In this document: piece by piece, positions 49,848 to 60,363 of the stretch
Numbering within the stretch: the stretch's first letter is position 1
Layout: each line of letters opens with the position of its first letter
DNA from: Thermodesulfobacteriota bacterium
GTDB taxonomy: Bacteria > Desulfobacterota_D > UBA1144 > Nemesobacterales > JAJCZQ01
Assembly (NCBI GenBank): GCA_965215275.1
Contig: OZ244044.1
Coordinates: forward strand, 1,344,001-1,408,000
DNA: 64,000 nt
Reading direction: 5' to 3'
Program-made: the position numbers and the translations under genes
The notes under the pieces: model-generated
What the model was told of the DNA's origin: nothing
Database searches by the model: none
Seen by the model: only the letters and a program-made list of their open reading frames with translations

Positions 49848-50769
49848 GGAAATTCAGCGTGTCCGAAAAGTCGGTCGGTACCGAAGCCGTAAATTCAACT
49901 GTTTTACCGCTTCTCGGTTCAAGGAACTTTATCTTCTCCGCGTGAAGTGTATGTCTGTTGATTTTTTTATTAAAGTCCTTCAGGAGCAGTTTATCCTTTT
50001 TTGAGTCCCCGTATAGTTTATCCGCCAGTACAGGATGTCCGCTTTCTGAAAAATGAACGCGTATTTGATGAGTTCGTCCCGTCTGCGGCATTACCTGAAC
50101 CAGGGCAGAACTTCTGAACCTTTTCAGCAACGTCCAGCAGGTTGTGGAATCCCTGCCGTAATTAGTATTTACCGACATCTTTACACGGTTTTTTTTATGC
50201 CTTCCTATTTTAGAAACGTATCTGCCCTGATCGGTTTTGATGATTCCGTGTATGATCGCCAGATATACTTTTGAAACTTCTCTGCGTTTGAACTGTTCAG
50301 CGATCCTTGAATGTGTAAAATCGTTCTTGGCAACTACCATTACGCCGGAGGTTTCCTTGTCAAGTCTGTGTACAATGCCGGGTCGTATCTTCCCTCCGAT
50401 CCCTGACAGGTCTTTGCAGTGATACAGCAGGGCGTTAACCAGGGTTCCGTGCGTGTTCCCGGCACCGGCGTGCACTACCATACCCGCGGGTTTGTTCACG
50501 ACTGCAAAATCGGGATTTTCATATATTATTTCCACGTCTATTTTTTCAGCGGAGTACTCTGTTGGTTTCGGCTTTGGAAAGTTAACTGAAACGGATTCTC
50601 CACCAGTCAGGATCTTAGATGGCTTTACCGTCTTGCCATCAATAAGCACATGTCCGTTCCTGAGGTATCTTCCTATTTGCGAGCGGCTGTGCTGAGCGTA
50701 GATCTTTGAGAAAACAACGTCCGCTCTGCCGGGACAATAACGCTGAGGTAATAAAAAACTGTCCTTCAT
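49831..50769 (-). CDS. rluD: RluA/RluD family pseudouridine synthase
   Basis: VNKPAGMVVH, GIVHRLDKETSG, TGRTHQIRVH. Confidence 0.93.
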   Translation of the reverse strand: MKDSFLLPQRYCPGRADVVFSKIYAQHSRSQIGRYLRNGHVLIDGKTVKPSKILTGGESVSVNFPKPKPTEYSAEKIDVEIIYENPDFAVVNKPAGMVVHAGAGNTHGTLVNALLYHCKDLSGIGGKIRPGIVHRLDKETSGVMVVAKNDFTHSRIAEQFKRREVSKVYLAIIHGIIKTDQGRYVSKIGRHKKNRVKMSVNTNYGRDSTTCWTLLKRFRSSALVQVMPQTGRTHQIRVHFSESGHPVLADKLYGDSKKDKLLLKDFNKKINRHTLHAEKIKFLEPRSGKTVEFTASVPTDFSDTLNFLERSN

Positions 50770-51014
50770 GGATTATTGAAATATGGGGACCATAATCTTG
50801 ATCCTTGGATTTTCAGCAGTTTGAAAAACAGCACCGTGGGTATTTCTGTAACTTCCGCCATAGTTTCTCTTTCAACCCTCTGGTCGTTCATTTTTTCACA
50901 CGAGTTGTTTACAGGTCCTATTCTATATACTATTTTAAGCAAGATAAACACACAAAGATAAACTTTCAGAAAGATCGGACGAAGTAGCAGCGGAGACGTC
51001 GTACTGTTTTAAAG

Positions 51015-52568
51015 ATGAAGATCGCAACCAGAGAAACCATAAAGGAAATTGACCGTATAACGATCGGGAAATACGGAGTACCGGGGATCGTTTTAATGGA
51101 AAATGCCGGCAGGGCGGTAGCAAGCGTTATACGGAGAGAGTTTCCAGATAAGGATAACATTTCTGTTTTCTGCGGTGGGGGAAACAATGGAGGAGATGGT
51201 TTTGTAGCTGCAAGACACCTCATTAACACGGGAAAAAAGGTAACTACTTACCTGCTGCAGAACAGAAATGAATACAGTGGTGATGCAAGGACAAATCTGA
51301 ATTCCCTTTCTAAAATATCAAAAGACATTAAAAGATTAAAAAGCAGTTTTTCAAACTATCAGGAAAGTGACCTCGTGGTTGACTCGATATTCGGCACCGG
51401 TCTTGACAGGGAGATCAAAGGGCCTTACAGAAAAATAATAGAGACGATCAACTCACTTAAAGTTCCAAAGGTCGCTGTTGACCTTCCTTCGGGGATTGAT
51501 GCCGATAAAGGTACTCCCCTGGGCAGTTCAATTATCGCGGACGTTACCGTGACTTTTGTGGTCCCGAAGCTCGGGATGTCCGTCTACCCCGGGCTTGATC
51601 ACTGTGGAAAGATATACGTTGCAGGTATAACAACGCCGAAAATACTCGAAGATAAGATTCTCTGTGAGCTGGTGACGTTTAAAAAATGCAGGTCGATCAT
51701 AAAAGAAAGACCCCATGATACTCATAAAGGAAGCTATGGACATACTCTGATCGTTGCAGGTTCGTCGGGCAAGACGGGTGCTGCGGCCCTGTGTGCACAT
51801 GCATCGGTGCGTTCAGGTTCAGGACTGGTGACCGTTGGTGTGCCTCGATCAGTTCTAAGCTCCGTGGATGAAAAGATCATTGAGGCTATGTCATTAGGGT
51901 TACAGGACGGTGGCAGCGGTTTCCTGTCTGAGATATCACTGGATCAGGTCATTTCGGAGCTGGGTTCAAAAACGTCCCTTGCGATCGGTCCCGGTATATC
52001 GGTAAACCAGGGCACTAAAGATCTTTTATTTAAAGTACTGACGGGGTCGCAGGTACCGGTCGTTGCGGACGCGGATGCAGTTAACATCATTGCAGAGAAT
52101 AAGGACCTGCTTAAAAAGCTGAAAGTACCCGTTATACTTACCCCTCACCCCGGCGAAATGGCAAGACTTACGGGAACAACCACGAGAGAAGTTCAGCTGA
52201 ACAGGGTAAAACACGCTGAAGAGTTTGCCGTCTCTCACAAGTGCTATGTTGTTCTGAAAGGTGCAAGGTCAGTGATCGCCACGCCAGATGGCTGTGTTTT
52301 TATAAATCCGACGGGAAATCCCGCAATGTCTTCAGGCGGTATGGGAGACGTTCTTACCGGCGTCATATCAGGACTTATATCTCAAAAGTACAGCCCGTTG
52401 GAAGCCTGTATTCTCGGCACTTTCGTCCATGGACTTTCCGGAGACATCGAGGCTGAAGAAAAGGGACCTTCAGGAATAACTGCAACTGACGTGGCTGACT
52501 CAATACCCAGGGCACTGAAACAGGTTCAGGTTCAGGATGGAGAACCGTTCTTTGAAACTATCTGCTGA
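51015..52568 (+). CDS. nnr: Bifunctional NAD(P)H-hydrate epimerase/dehydratase
   Basis: LMENAG, GNNGGDG, HKGSYG, TPHPGE, GGMGDVLTG. Confidence 0.95.
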   Translation: MKIATRETIKEIDRITIGKYGVPGIVLMENAGRAVASVIRREFPDKDNISVFCGGGNNGGDGFVAARHLINTGKKVTTYLLQNRNEYSGDARTNLNSLSKISKDIKRLKSSFSNYQESDLVVDSIFGTGLDREIKGPYRKIIETINSLKVPKVAVDLPSGIDADKGTPLGSSIIADVTVTFVVPKLGMSVYPGLDHCGKIYVAGITTPKILEDKILCELVTFKKCRSIIKERPHDTHKGSYGHTLIVAGSSGKTGAAALCAHASVRSGSGLVTVGVPRSVLSSVDEKIIEAMSLGLQDGGSGFLSEISLDQVISELGSKTSLAIGPGISVNQGTKDLLFKVLTGSQVPVVADADAVNIIAENKDLLKKLKVPVILTPHPGEMARLTGTTTREVQLNRVKHAEEFAVSHKCYVVLKGARSVIATPDGCVFINPTGNPAMSSGGMGDVLTGVISGLISQKYSPLEACILGTFVHGLSGDIEAEEKGPSGITATDVADSIPRALKQVQVQDGEPFFETIC

Positions 52569-52577
52569 AAAATATAC

Positions 52578-53078
52578 TTGGCTATGAAAGAGTACGTCCT
52601 TTTATCCGAAAACCCCGACAGGACCTTTGAGATAGGCAGGATTATAGGTGAAACCGCTCAGAGCGGTGACGTGTTTGCCCTGACGGGTGAACTGGGAACT
52701 GGAAAGACCGTACTGGTCAAGGGAATTGCAAAAGGACTGCAGATAGAGGAAGAACCCAACAGTCCGACGTTTGTTTTTATGAACGCCTATGAGGGTGGGA
52801 AAGCCACCCTGTATCACTTTGATCTGTACAGAATATCGGGCGTTGATGACCTGGATTCCATAGCGTATAAAGACTATGTGTTCTCCGATGGGGTCTGTGC
52901 AATCGAGTGGGCGGATAAAATCCCTGATGAATTACCTGATAATGCAGTTATAATAGAACTCTCAAATCACGGGTGTATGGAAAAAGACGGCTTAAACAAG
53001 CGAATACTGAAGTTTACAGGTAGTGAAAAATGGGTCTCGTTATTCAAAAGTACGGTGGAACCAGTGTTGCGAACTTAG
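52578..53078 (+). CDS. tsaE: tRNA threonylcarbamoyladenosine ATPase
   Basis: GELGTGKT, SPTF, HFDLYR, IEWA. Confidence 0.95.
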   Translation: MAMKEYVLLSENPDRTFEIGRIIGETAQSGDVFALTGELGTGKTVLVKGIAKGLQIEEEPNSPTFVFMNAYEGGKATLYHFDLYRISGVDDLDSIAYKDYVFSDGVCAIEWADKIPDELPDNAVIIELSNHGCMEKDGLNKRILKFTGSEKWVSLFKSTVEPVLRT

Positions 53079-54256
53079 ATAAGATACAGCGGGTTGCAGA
53101 TATAATAATCAGTACTAAAAAGAAGGATAATAACGTTGTTGCAGTGGTTTCCGCCATGTCCGGAGAAACTGACCGTCTGGTTAAGCTCGCTTCGTCCGTA
53201 ATGGACCCGCCCGATGAAAGGGAACTTGACGTAATAGCTTCAAGTGGCGAGCAGGTAACTTCGGGACTTCTCGCGATGGCACTGAAGTCCAGGGGTTATG
53301 AAGCGATCTCCTATCAGGGACATCAGGTGAAGATCCTTACCGATAACGCCTATTCCAGGGCAAAGATCAGGAATATAGACGCCGCGAACGTTAAAAAAGC
53401 CTTATCAGATGGTAAGGTGGTCGTGGTTTCGGGTTTTCAGGGGGTTGATGATGAAGGTAACGTTACAACGCTTGGAAGGGGTGGTTCGGACCTGACCGCG
53501 GTCGCGCTTTCTTCAATTCTTGACGCGGACTCCTGCGAACTTTACAAAGATGACGTAGAAGGGGTATTTACTGCCGATCCTTCAGTTTGTAAAAGCTCCA
53601 GAAAGATAAACAGGATCTCTTATGAAGAGATGCTTGAAATGGCAAGTCTGGGGTCAAAGGTGCTTCAGGCACGTGCCGTGGAGTTTGCAAAGAAATACGC
53701 AGTTAAACTGCACGTAAGACCGACCACGGATCCCGGCAGAGAGGGCACCTGGGTGGTTAAGGAGGAAGAAGCAATGGATTCAATGGAAAATATAGTCGTA
53801 TCGGGAGTAACCTACGATAAAAACCAGGCGAAAATAACCGTCGTTCAGGTGCCTGACCAGCCTGGGATCGCCTCACGGCTTTTTTCGCCGTTAGCGGAGA
53901 AGGGGATCAGCGTTGATATGATCGTTCAGAATATAAGCAGCAATAATCTTACGGATATGACGTTTACCGTCCCGACCACTGATTTTAAAAGATCGATAAA
54001 GGTTACAAAGGAGACTGCAAAAGAACTTAAAGCCAAGGACGTTACTTATGAGGATAAAATATCCAAGGTCTCGATAGTTGGCGTCGGTATGAAAACTCAC
54101 TCGGGCATAGCTCAGCAGATGTTCAATACTTTTGCCAAAGAAGGTATTAATATAATGATGATAAGCACTTCCGAGATCAAAATATCATGTGTGATAGAAG
54201 AAAAATACACTGAACTGGCGGTAAGGGCCCTTCATGAATCTTTTAAACTTGGATGA
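53030..54256 (+). CDS. lysC: Aspartate kinase
   Basis: QKYGGTSV, VSAM, TLGRGGSD, ACT domains, STSEIKIS. Confidence 0.96.
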   Translation: MGLVIQKYGGTSVANLDKIQRVADIIISTKKKDNNVVAVVSAMSGETDRLVKLASSVMDPPDERELDVIASSGEQVTSGLLAMALKSRGYEAISYQGHQVKILTDNAYSRAKIRNIDAANVKKALSDGKVVVVSGFQGVDDEGNVTTLGRGGSDLTAVALSSILDADSCELYKDDVEGVFTADPSVCKSSRKINRISYEEMLEMASLGSKVLQARAVEFAKKYAVKLHVRPTTDPGREGTWVVKEEEAMDSMENIVVSGVTYDKNQAKITVVQVPDQPGIASRLFSPLAEKGISVDMIVQNISSNNLTDMTFTVPTTDFKRSIKVTKETAKELKAKDVTYEDKISKVSIVGVGMKTHSGIAQQMFNTFAKEGINIMMISTSEIKISCVIEEKYTELAVRALHESFKLG

Positions 54257-54260
54257 TAAT

Positions 54261-55844
54261 ATGAGTAGCAGGACCGTAGAGATATACGACGTTACCTTAC
54301 GTGATGGAACCCAGGGCGAGGACATATCCTTCTCAATTCATGACAAGCTCCGCATCTCGGAAAAGCTGGACGATATGGGGGTTCACTATATCGAGGGTGG
54401 CTGGCCAGGATCGAACGAAAGGGACGAGGGGTATTTTAAAAGAGCAAAGAAGCTCAGGTTGAAAAATTCAAAGATAGCGGCATTTGGAAGCACGAGAAGA
54501 GCGAAGAGGTCTTGTGAAGATGATGAAAATATAAACGCGCTCCTGCAGTCTGAAACACCCGTTGTGACTATCGTCGGCAAGAGCTGGGATTTTCAGGTTA
54601 CCGAGGCACTGAAGATCAGCCTGGAAAAAAATCTGGAACTGGTTTACGACTCCATTGAATACCTGAAGCAAAGAGTTGATAAAGTTTTCTTTGACGCGGA
54701 GCATTTCTTTGACGGTTACAAAACGAACAGAGAATATTCCCTCTCGGTCTTGAAAACTGCATGTGATGCGGGGGTGGATACTTTAGTTCTGTGTGATACG
54801 AACGGGGGCTGTTTGCCGTGGGAGATAGAAGAAACTATCAGAGATATAAATAAAAAACTTGATAACCCCGTTATTGGGATACATACGCACAACGACAGCG
54901 AGGTGGGAGTTGCCAATTCCCTGTATGCCGTGCGGGAAGGTGCTTCACAGGTCCAGGGTACCATGAACGGTTATGGAGAAAGGTGCGGTAATGCCAATCT
55001 TTGTTCAATTATTCCCGACCTGCAGATAAAGATGGGATTTAGATGCTTATCCGACGACAATTTAAAAAAACTTTATGATGTTTCTCATTTTATCCATGAG
55101 TTAACCAATCTCACTCCACTTAAAAAGCTTGCATTTGTCGGGGCGAGTGCATTTGCTCATAAGGGAGGTATTCATGTAAGTGCGATCATGAAAAACTCTG
55201 AAACTTACGAACACGTAAGTCCTGGGTCCGTTGGAAACCACAGGCGGGTGCTGGTCTCTGATCTGTCGGGAAGAAGCAATATAATCTACAAGGCAAAAGA
55301 ACTTGGAATTGACCTTGATCCCAAAGATGAGAAGATCAACATAATACTGCAGGAACTTAAAAAGCTGGAAAATACCGGCTACGAGTTTGAGGGAGCAGAT
55401 GCCTCATTTGAACTTTTAGTCAGAAAATCCCTTGGCCTCTATAAAAAGCAGTTCTATGTCAAAGGTGCCAGAACGATCGTTGAGAAAAGAAAAGAAGATG
55501 AGGATCCTATATCAGAGGCGACCGTACAGGTGCAAGTGGACGGTGTTAATGAGCTGACCGCTGCCACTGGGAACGGTCCCGTAAACGCTCTTGATGGGGC
55601 ACTGCGAAAAGCTCTTGAGAAGTTCTTTCCGTCTCTCAAGGACATCAAGTTGCTTGACTACAGGGTCAGGGTTGTCTCAAATGAGAAAGGTACGGACTCC
55701 GTTGTTAGGGTCCTTGTGGAATCCACTGATGGGAAAGACAGTTGGAGTACGGTAGGACTGTCCGAAAACATAGTTGAAGCAAGCTGGAAGGCGTTGGTGG
55801 ATAGTATTGATTATAAGTTGCTGAAAGATGGTAGTAAGGTTTAA
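54261..55844 (+). CDS. cimA: Citramalate synthase (LeuA/CimA family)
   Basis: DVTLRDGTQGE, IEGGWPGSN, HTHND, GERCGNANL, SAFAHKGGIH; start trimmed to MSSRT. Confidence 0.9.
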   Translation: MSSRTVEIYDVTLRDGTQGEDISFSIHDKLRISEKLDDMGVHYIEGGWPGSNERDEGYFKRAKKLRLKNSKIAAFGSTRRAKRSCEDDENINALLQSETPVVTIVGKSWDFQVTEALKISLEKNLELVYDSIEYLKQRVDKVFFDAEHFFDGYKTNREYSLSVLKTACDAGVDTLVLCDTNGGCLPWEIEETIRDINKKLDNPVIGIHTHNDSEVGVANSLYAVREGASQVQGTMNGYGERCGNANLCSIIPDLQIKMGFRCLSDDNLKKLYDVSHFIHELTNLTPLKKLAFVGASAFAHKGGIHVSAIMKNSETYEHVSPGSVGNHRRVLVSDLSGRSNIIYKAKELGIDLDPKDEKINIILQELKKLENTGYEFEGADASFELLVRKSLGLYKKQFYVKGARTIVEKRKEDEDPISEATVQVQVDGVNELTAATGNGPVNALDGALRKALEKFFPSLKDIKLLDYRVRVVSNEKGTDSVVRVLVESTDGKDSWSTVGLSENIVEASWKALVDSIDYKLLKDGSKV

Positions 55845-56034
55845 TAGATAACTATGTAAGATTGTACATACTACACATAGTAATCTCTAACTATAAATTA
55901 CACGCAACTGAGTGTAAATCTTCGGCTGGTCAAAGACCTTGATTGTTTTTAAACATGTCTGGAAATAAAATCCAAAATTGATACAAGCTGATAATATTTG
56001 AACTAACGATTAAAAACAAGGAGGTTAAATTTCA

Positions 56035-56499
56035 ATGGAATATGAAGGAGGTAAATTTTCAAGTATAGCAGAAAGTCTATCCAAACGTTTACATGGGAGA
56101 ACTAAAGAAGGTTTAGGTATCACCGTAGGAGATATTCTTGAAGTCTGCGTAGACGCTGAAGTTTTAGGAAGCAGAGGTATAAATATGGTTAATTGTTACC
56201 CTGGGGATTTTCGTACAAACATATGTTGTCCTGTTGCTTTTTTTATTTCTATAAATGGAGTTGCGGCACAAGGACAGGGACACTTTAGTTTTAGTAAAAT
56301 AATGGAAAAGTTTCATAGACACATGTATACCCAATGCTTTATGAGGACCCGTGAGGCGGCGATTATTAGCAATGACTGGGTGACAAAAGAATATGAAAAA
56401 TATGAGGATTATATTAGACGGCTTAGAGGAGCAGGTGTTAGGATTGAGGCTTACTTTATTGGCGGTCGGATGGAAAATTCATTATTAGTAGATATTTAA
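56035..56499 (+). CDS. Hypothetical protein A1 (paralog of 60364-60798)
   Basis: RBS AAGGAGGT; shares NCY..CCPVAFFISINGVAAQG.GH..FHRHMY..CFM.TR.A.IISNDWVTKEYEKY with the second copy. Confidence 0.8.
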   Translation: MEYEGGKFSSIAESLSKRLHGRTKEGLGITVGDILEVCVDAEVLGSRGINMVNCYPGDFRTNICCPVAFFISINGVAAQGQGHFSFSKIMEKFHRHMYTQCFMRTREAAIISNDWVTKEYEKYEDYIRRLRGAGVRIEAYFIGGRMENSLLVDI

Positions 56500-56528
56500 C
56501 GAGTTATTCTATTAGCTATGGTAAAGAG

Positions 56529-56694
56529 TTTAAATGAACTTCCAATAAGACAGAAAATAGCTACATTGATGAGCAGTGGTGTGTTATCTCAAGAGAATAA
56601 TTCCATTGCAATTTCGTGTAAGGTGGTTTCTTAACGCTCTCGACAATAATGGATAACAAACTAAAGATGTTTGTGCTTCCAATTTAATTTTCAA
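56529..56694 (+). pseudogene. Decayed fragment of the UDG-like gene
   Basis: Matches ~61186-61355 (AATAAGACAGA.AATAGCTACAT.GATGA, GACAATAATGGAT, AAAGATGTTTGTGC.TC.AATTTAATTTTC) with an indel and a TAA. Confidence 0.8.
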
Positions 56695-56743
56695 ATTAGG
56701 AACCCAAAACAACTAGTTTTACTGTTTTACGATCAGGTCTCTT

Positions 56744-57256
56744 CTATACCCAAAATCTTGATGGGTCCGTTTCAAATAAATCTTTTATAAAATCATCTCT
56801 AACTTCTTTTTTTATTTCACAAACCTGTAAATATATCTTAATTGATAACTCCGTATCATAATTGTTACGATGCACTTTCTTTAAGTTAAAATAGAAATAT
56901 ATCAAATACACAAGACCCGACAAACATCCTTTCTTCTCAAATGATTTATATATAGCTGGAAAATTTTTTATATATTTTAAGAAGTCATTTTTACTATGCC
57001 TATCAGAATCATAATATTCATCAAAAAAACGTGCAGTTTGTATATTTATATTATGATTCTTAAAATAATTTTCTAAAGAATAATGTTCTAACTTTCTGTT
57101 CCATCCTATATCAACAGACTTATGTCTTGTTCTTGCTACAAACCCTACATATTTGTTATATTTTGGGATTGACATACAAACATAAAGAAGGGATTTTAAA
57201 ATATCATCATATTCAGAATTAGGATAACCTTTTCTCATATTCACACACAAAACCAA
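56744..57256 (-). CDS. Hypothetical protein (very AT-rich)
   Basis: 170-aa ORF, no family recognised. Confidence 0.55.
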   Translation of the reverse strand: MVLCVNMRKGYPNSEYDDILKSLLYVCMSIPKYNKYVGFVARTRHKSVDIGWNRKLEHYSLENYFKNHNINIQTARFFDEYYDSDRHSKNDFLKYIKNFPAIYKSFEKKGCLSGLVYLIYFYFNLKKVHRNNYDTELSIKIYLQVCEIKKEVRDDFIKDLFETDPSRFWV

Positions 57257-57434
57257 AAAACATTAAAAAACTTTTTAGAATTGCCACTTCAGAATATTTG
57301 TAATGCAGTTGTATAGCAATTTTACTCTTGACAACATTTATATGATAACCATTTAAACATATGTTTATACTAATAAACTATCTACTTGCTTGTTTTAGGC
57401 AACATTGTATATAATCCCCAAACTTTAAGCAGTA

Positions 57435-57556
57435 ATAAAATAAGTTCCACACCGCGTTTTGAATATTCATCTATAAGTGTAAACTGCATTAAACTCCGTT
57501 TAGTCAGATATTTGCTGCTACATTCAATAATGCCTTTATCTTCTGGTTTCTTGCCA
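57435..57556 (-). pseudogene. Decayed copy of the 3' end of the GNAT-aminotransferase gene
   Basis: GKKPEDKG..SKYLTKRSLMQFTLIDEYSKRGVE vs GKKLENQG..SRYLTERNLMQFALMGEYSKHGVE; DNA matches ~61768-61891. Confidence 0.85.
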
Positions 57557-57686
57557 ATTAAAAGAGGCATACTCTCTGTTTAAAACTAACAACCCTGTAT
57601 GATAATTTAGGAAATTACATATATAAATTGACATAAAGAAAATTATTATTGACACTTAGTTGGGATAAAGATAGTATATTATAATA

Positions 57687-57953
57687 ATGCGAATCCCCCC
57701 CCCCCCCCCCCCCCCCCCCCATCTACCCCATAACAACACGGATACTACTGGCTGGGATAATTTAGAGTCTTCACGAGCAATAAATAGTTTAATAGCAGTA
57801 TACCCACCGTTTAATAACACCAAGGGTTTTATTCTACTCCGAGCAGCACAGCGTATTGTCGAGCATTGCTCTATCGACTGGTATAGGTGTGTTTTTATAT
57901 ACTTGAATGTAACTCATAGAATCAAATTAATATATGGGAGGTATATTGTATGA
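57687..57953 (+). CDS. Possible leader ORF containing the C26 tract
   Basis: TTGACA(57649)-17-TAGTAT promoter, ATG 57687, MRIPPPPPPPPH..., stop overlaps the next ATG (ATGA). Confidence 0.4.
   Translation: MRIPPPPPPPPHLPHNNTDTTGWDNLESSRAINSLIAVYPPFNNTKGFILLRAAQRIVEHCSIDWYRCVFIYLNVTHRIKLIYGRYIV
57695..57720 (+). repeat. Poly-C tract (C26)
   Basis: GCGAAT-C26-ATCTA. Confidence 0.95.
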
Positions 57954-59269
57954 AATTATGTGCATATATTGTCACGTATGATGGAGGAAGTGCTCCAAAT
58001 CCCTTCTGGAGGTACTGCACCTTAGCATTTTGTACTCCTCATCGTAAGAGGGCAAAATTAGAAGTAGGTGATTGGATAGTAGGTCTTTTAGATAAAAGCA
58101 GAGGTAATAAACTGCTATACGCAATGGAAATTTCTGAAGTATTGGATTTTGATGAGTACTTTAACGATAAACGTTTTGCGAAAAAAAAGTTCAAAGTAAA
58201 GGGTAATTGGCAAGAAGAATGTGGAGATAATATATATAGAAGAAATAGTGAAGGTGAATTAGAACCATACCCGCATAGTTATAACCATCCTCGTAACAAA
58301 AATCAACAAGATCTAGATATGAAATATCCTAATGTGTTTATTTCAGAGAAGGATAATTTTTATTACTTTGGAAGAAACGCAAAAGATATACCCTCAAAAT
58401 ACAATATTTTTGCCGGATACAATATTACACAAAATATTAAATACTTTGATCCGCCTATTATAAATGATTTTATACTTTGGTTAAAAAACAATCATAAACC
58501 CGGAATACATGGAGATCCAAATAATAAGAGGAAAGCTATATTAGTCCGAGTAGGTATTGATGGAACTAAGGATTCGGGTCGTTGGAACGCTCCCTGTAAT
58601 CCGGACACAAAAAATTTTGTATATGTGCCGATACAACAAACTGAAAAATCCAATGCTCCTGGCATGGAAAGATACTATTCCAAACTTATAGTTCCGGCAT
58701 TGGATAGTTTTTCAAAATGTAATAACCGCAGCATTTCATTGCCCAAACATTTAATGGAAAAGCGTATGCACTTGGACCCAGACTTTGAAAACCTTACATA
58801 TGGCGATACCAGTTCTCGAGGTAAGAAGCTGCTGGATTTTAAAGAAGATGATCTGGTTGTATTCTATGCCAGTTTGAAACCTATAAAAAAGACAAAAGAC
58901 AATTTTGTTTATGCACTTATAGGTATGTTAGTAGTGAAAGAGATTTTGAGGGTAAAAGATGTAGACCCTAAACGGTTTGATGAAAATGCCCATACTCGTA
59001 ATGCTGAATGTGACCCGACGGACATAGTGGTTATAGGCAAAGAGGGTGTATCCGGTCGATTTGAGAAATGTATTCCAATCGGCGAGCGGCGAAATAATGC
59101 CTACCGTGTGGAAGAACGCATACTAGGTGAGTGGGGAGAGAAAGGATTGGAAGTCAAAGATGGATACATACAACGGAGTGCAAATCCTCCGCTGTTTGAA
59201 AAACCTGAGCGTTTTTATGAATGGCTTAAAAAGAAAAATCCAAAATTGATACAAACTAATAATCCTTAA
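57950..59269 (+). CDS. Nmad2-Nmad3 fusion (nucleotide-modification-associated domains)
   Basis: N part YIVTYDGGSAPNPF..CTLAFC..GDWIVG..GDNIY (Nmad2-like); C part LVRVGID...FVYVPI...HLDPDFE.LTYGD...VFYASL (Nmad3-like). Confidence 0.78.
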   Translation: MKLCAYIVTYDGGSAPNPFWRYCTLAFCTPHRKRAKLEVGDWIVGLLDKSRGNKLLYAMEISEVLDFDEYFNDKRFAKKKFKVKGNWQEECGDNIYRRNSEGELEPYPHSYNHPRNKNQQDLDMKYPNVFISEKDNFYYFGRNAKDIPSKYNIFAGYNITQNIKYFDPPIINDFILWLKNNHKPGIHGDPNNKRKAILVRVGIDGTKDSGRWNAPCNPDTKNFVYVPIQQTEKSNAPGMERYYSKLIVPALDSFSKCNNRSISLPKHLMEKRMHLDPDFENLTYGDTSSRGKKLLDFKEDDLVVFYASLKPIKKTKDNFVYALIGMLVVKEILRVKDVDPKRFDENAHTRNAECDPTDIVVIGKEGVSGRFEKCIPIGERRNNAYRVEERILGEWGEKGLEVKDGYIQRSANPPLFEKPERFYEWLKKKNPKLIQTNNP

Positions 59270-59331
59270 GCCAACTCAAGAGTTCTAATTGCTAATAAAA
59301 ACTAAATCAATTAAATAAGGAGGATAATTAT

Positions 59332-59988
59332 ATGACACAATCTAATTCACAACCTGATATTTTCATTTATAAGATGACAGCGGATACTGGTGGAGCACCA
59401 TGCATTCATGATGGGCTTATCTCACTGTGTATCTGTAAACCAGATATAAGAACTAGCCCATCCGCGAATAAAGGAGATTGGATTATTGGTATGGGTGGTA
59501 AAAGAGTTCCTGAATTAAAAGATAGATTAATTTATATAATGCAGGTGAAAGAGTGTATTAAAGGCAGTGTATACTACGCACCGGAAAGTAAATATGCGGA
59601 CCGTCCAGACTGTATTTATGAGTGGGATGGGAACGATTATATCTGGAAATCAGGAGCAAAGTATCATCTAGATGGGACAGGGTTAACAACAGATTTAGGT
59701 GAAGCACCAGAATACGACAAAGCAATTTGTCTTGTAGGAGATAAATTTGCATATTTTGGAGATGGCAAAAAAACAGATCCGAGTATTGCAGAAATTAAGA
59801 CTATTTATGAAGCACTGCCTAGGAATTATAAAAAAAATCATCCCACTGCAGACTATAAGCAGTTGATTGACTACATTAATCAGATCATAACAAAATATGA
59901 AGGAATGAATAGTACACCAACTCATTCAGATAAGAGCAAAAAGAGTAATGAAGTGGAAGATGATATGTATAAAGTTACTTGTGGGTAA
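59332..59988 (+). CDS. Nmad2-like protein
   Basis: YKMTADTGGAPC...SLCICKPDIR...GDWIIG...LIYIMQV...RPDCIY; RBS AGGAGG. Confidence 0.75.
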   Translation: MTQSNSQPDIFIYKMTADTGGAPCIHDGLISLCICKPDIRTSPSANKGDWIIGMGGKRVPELKDRLIYIMQVKECIKGSVYYAPESKYADRPDCIYEWDGNDYIWKSGAKYHLDGTGLTTDLGEAPEYDKAICLVGDKFAYFGDGKKTDPSIAEIKTIYEALPRNYKKNHPTADYKQLIDYINQIITKYEGMNSTPTHSDKSKKSNEVEDDMYKVTCG

Positions 59989-60013
59989 TTTAAGATATAA
60001 ATAAATACTCAAA

Positions 60014-60334
60014 ACTATACTGGTTCGAGTAGGTATTGACGGAACTGATGTTTCAGGACATTGGAACGCTCTCTGGAATCTGGACTCCGAACGGTTTGAT
60101 GAAAATGCCCATACTCGTAATGCTGAATAGGACCTGACGGATATGGTAGTCAGAGGCAAAAAGGGTGTATCCGGGCGGTTTGAGATCGGTGAGTGGGGAG
60201 GGGAAGGGTTGAAAGTCAAAGATGGCTACATACAACGGAGTGCAAATCCTCCGCTGTTTGAAAAACCTGAGTGTTTTTACGCATGGCTTAAAAAGAAAAA
60301 TCCAAAATTGATACAAACTAATAATCCTTAAGCC
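60014..60334 (+). pseudogene. Internally deleted Nmad3 copy
   Basis: Three blocks matching ~58535-58606, ~58968-59066 and ~59126-59272; internal TAG; identical end KKKNPKLIQTNNP. Confidence 0.88.
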
Positions 60335-60363
60335 GATACGCAAAAATAAGGAACTAAATTCTG

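Noticed and set aside
50766..51000. Several overlapping ~60-aa ORFs between rluD and nnr
   Set aside because: No motifs; most likely a divergent promoter region
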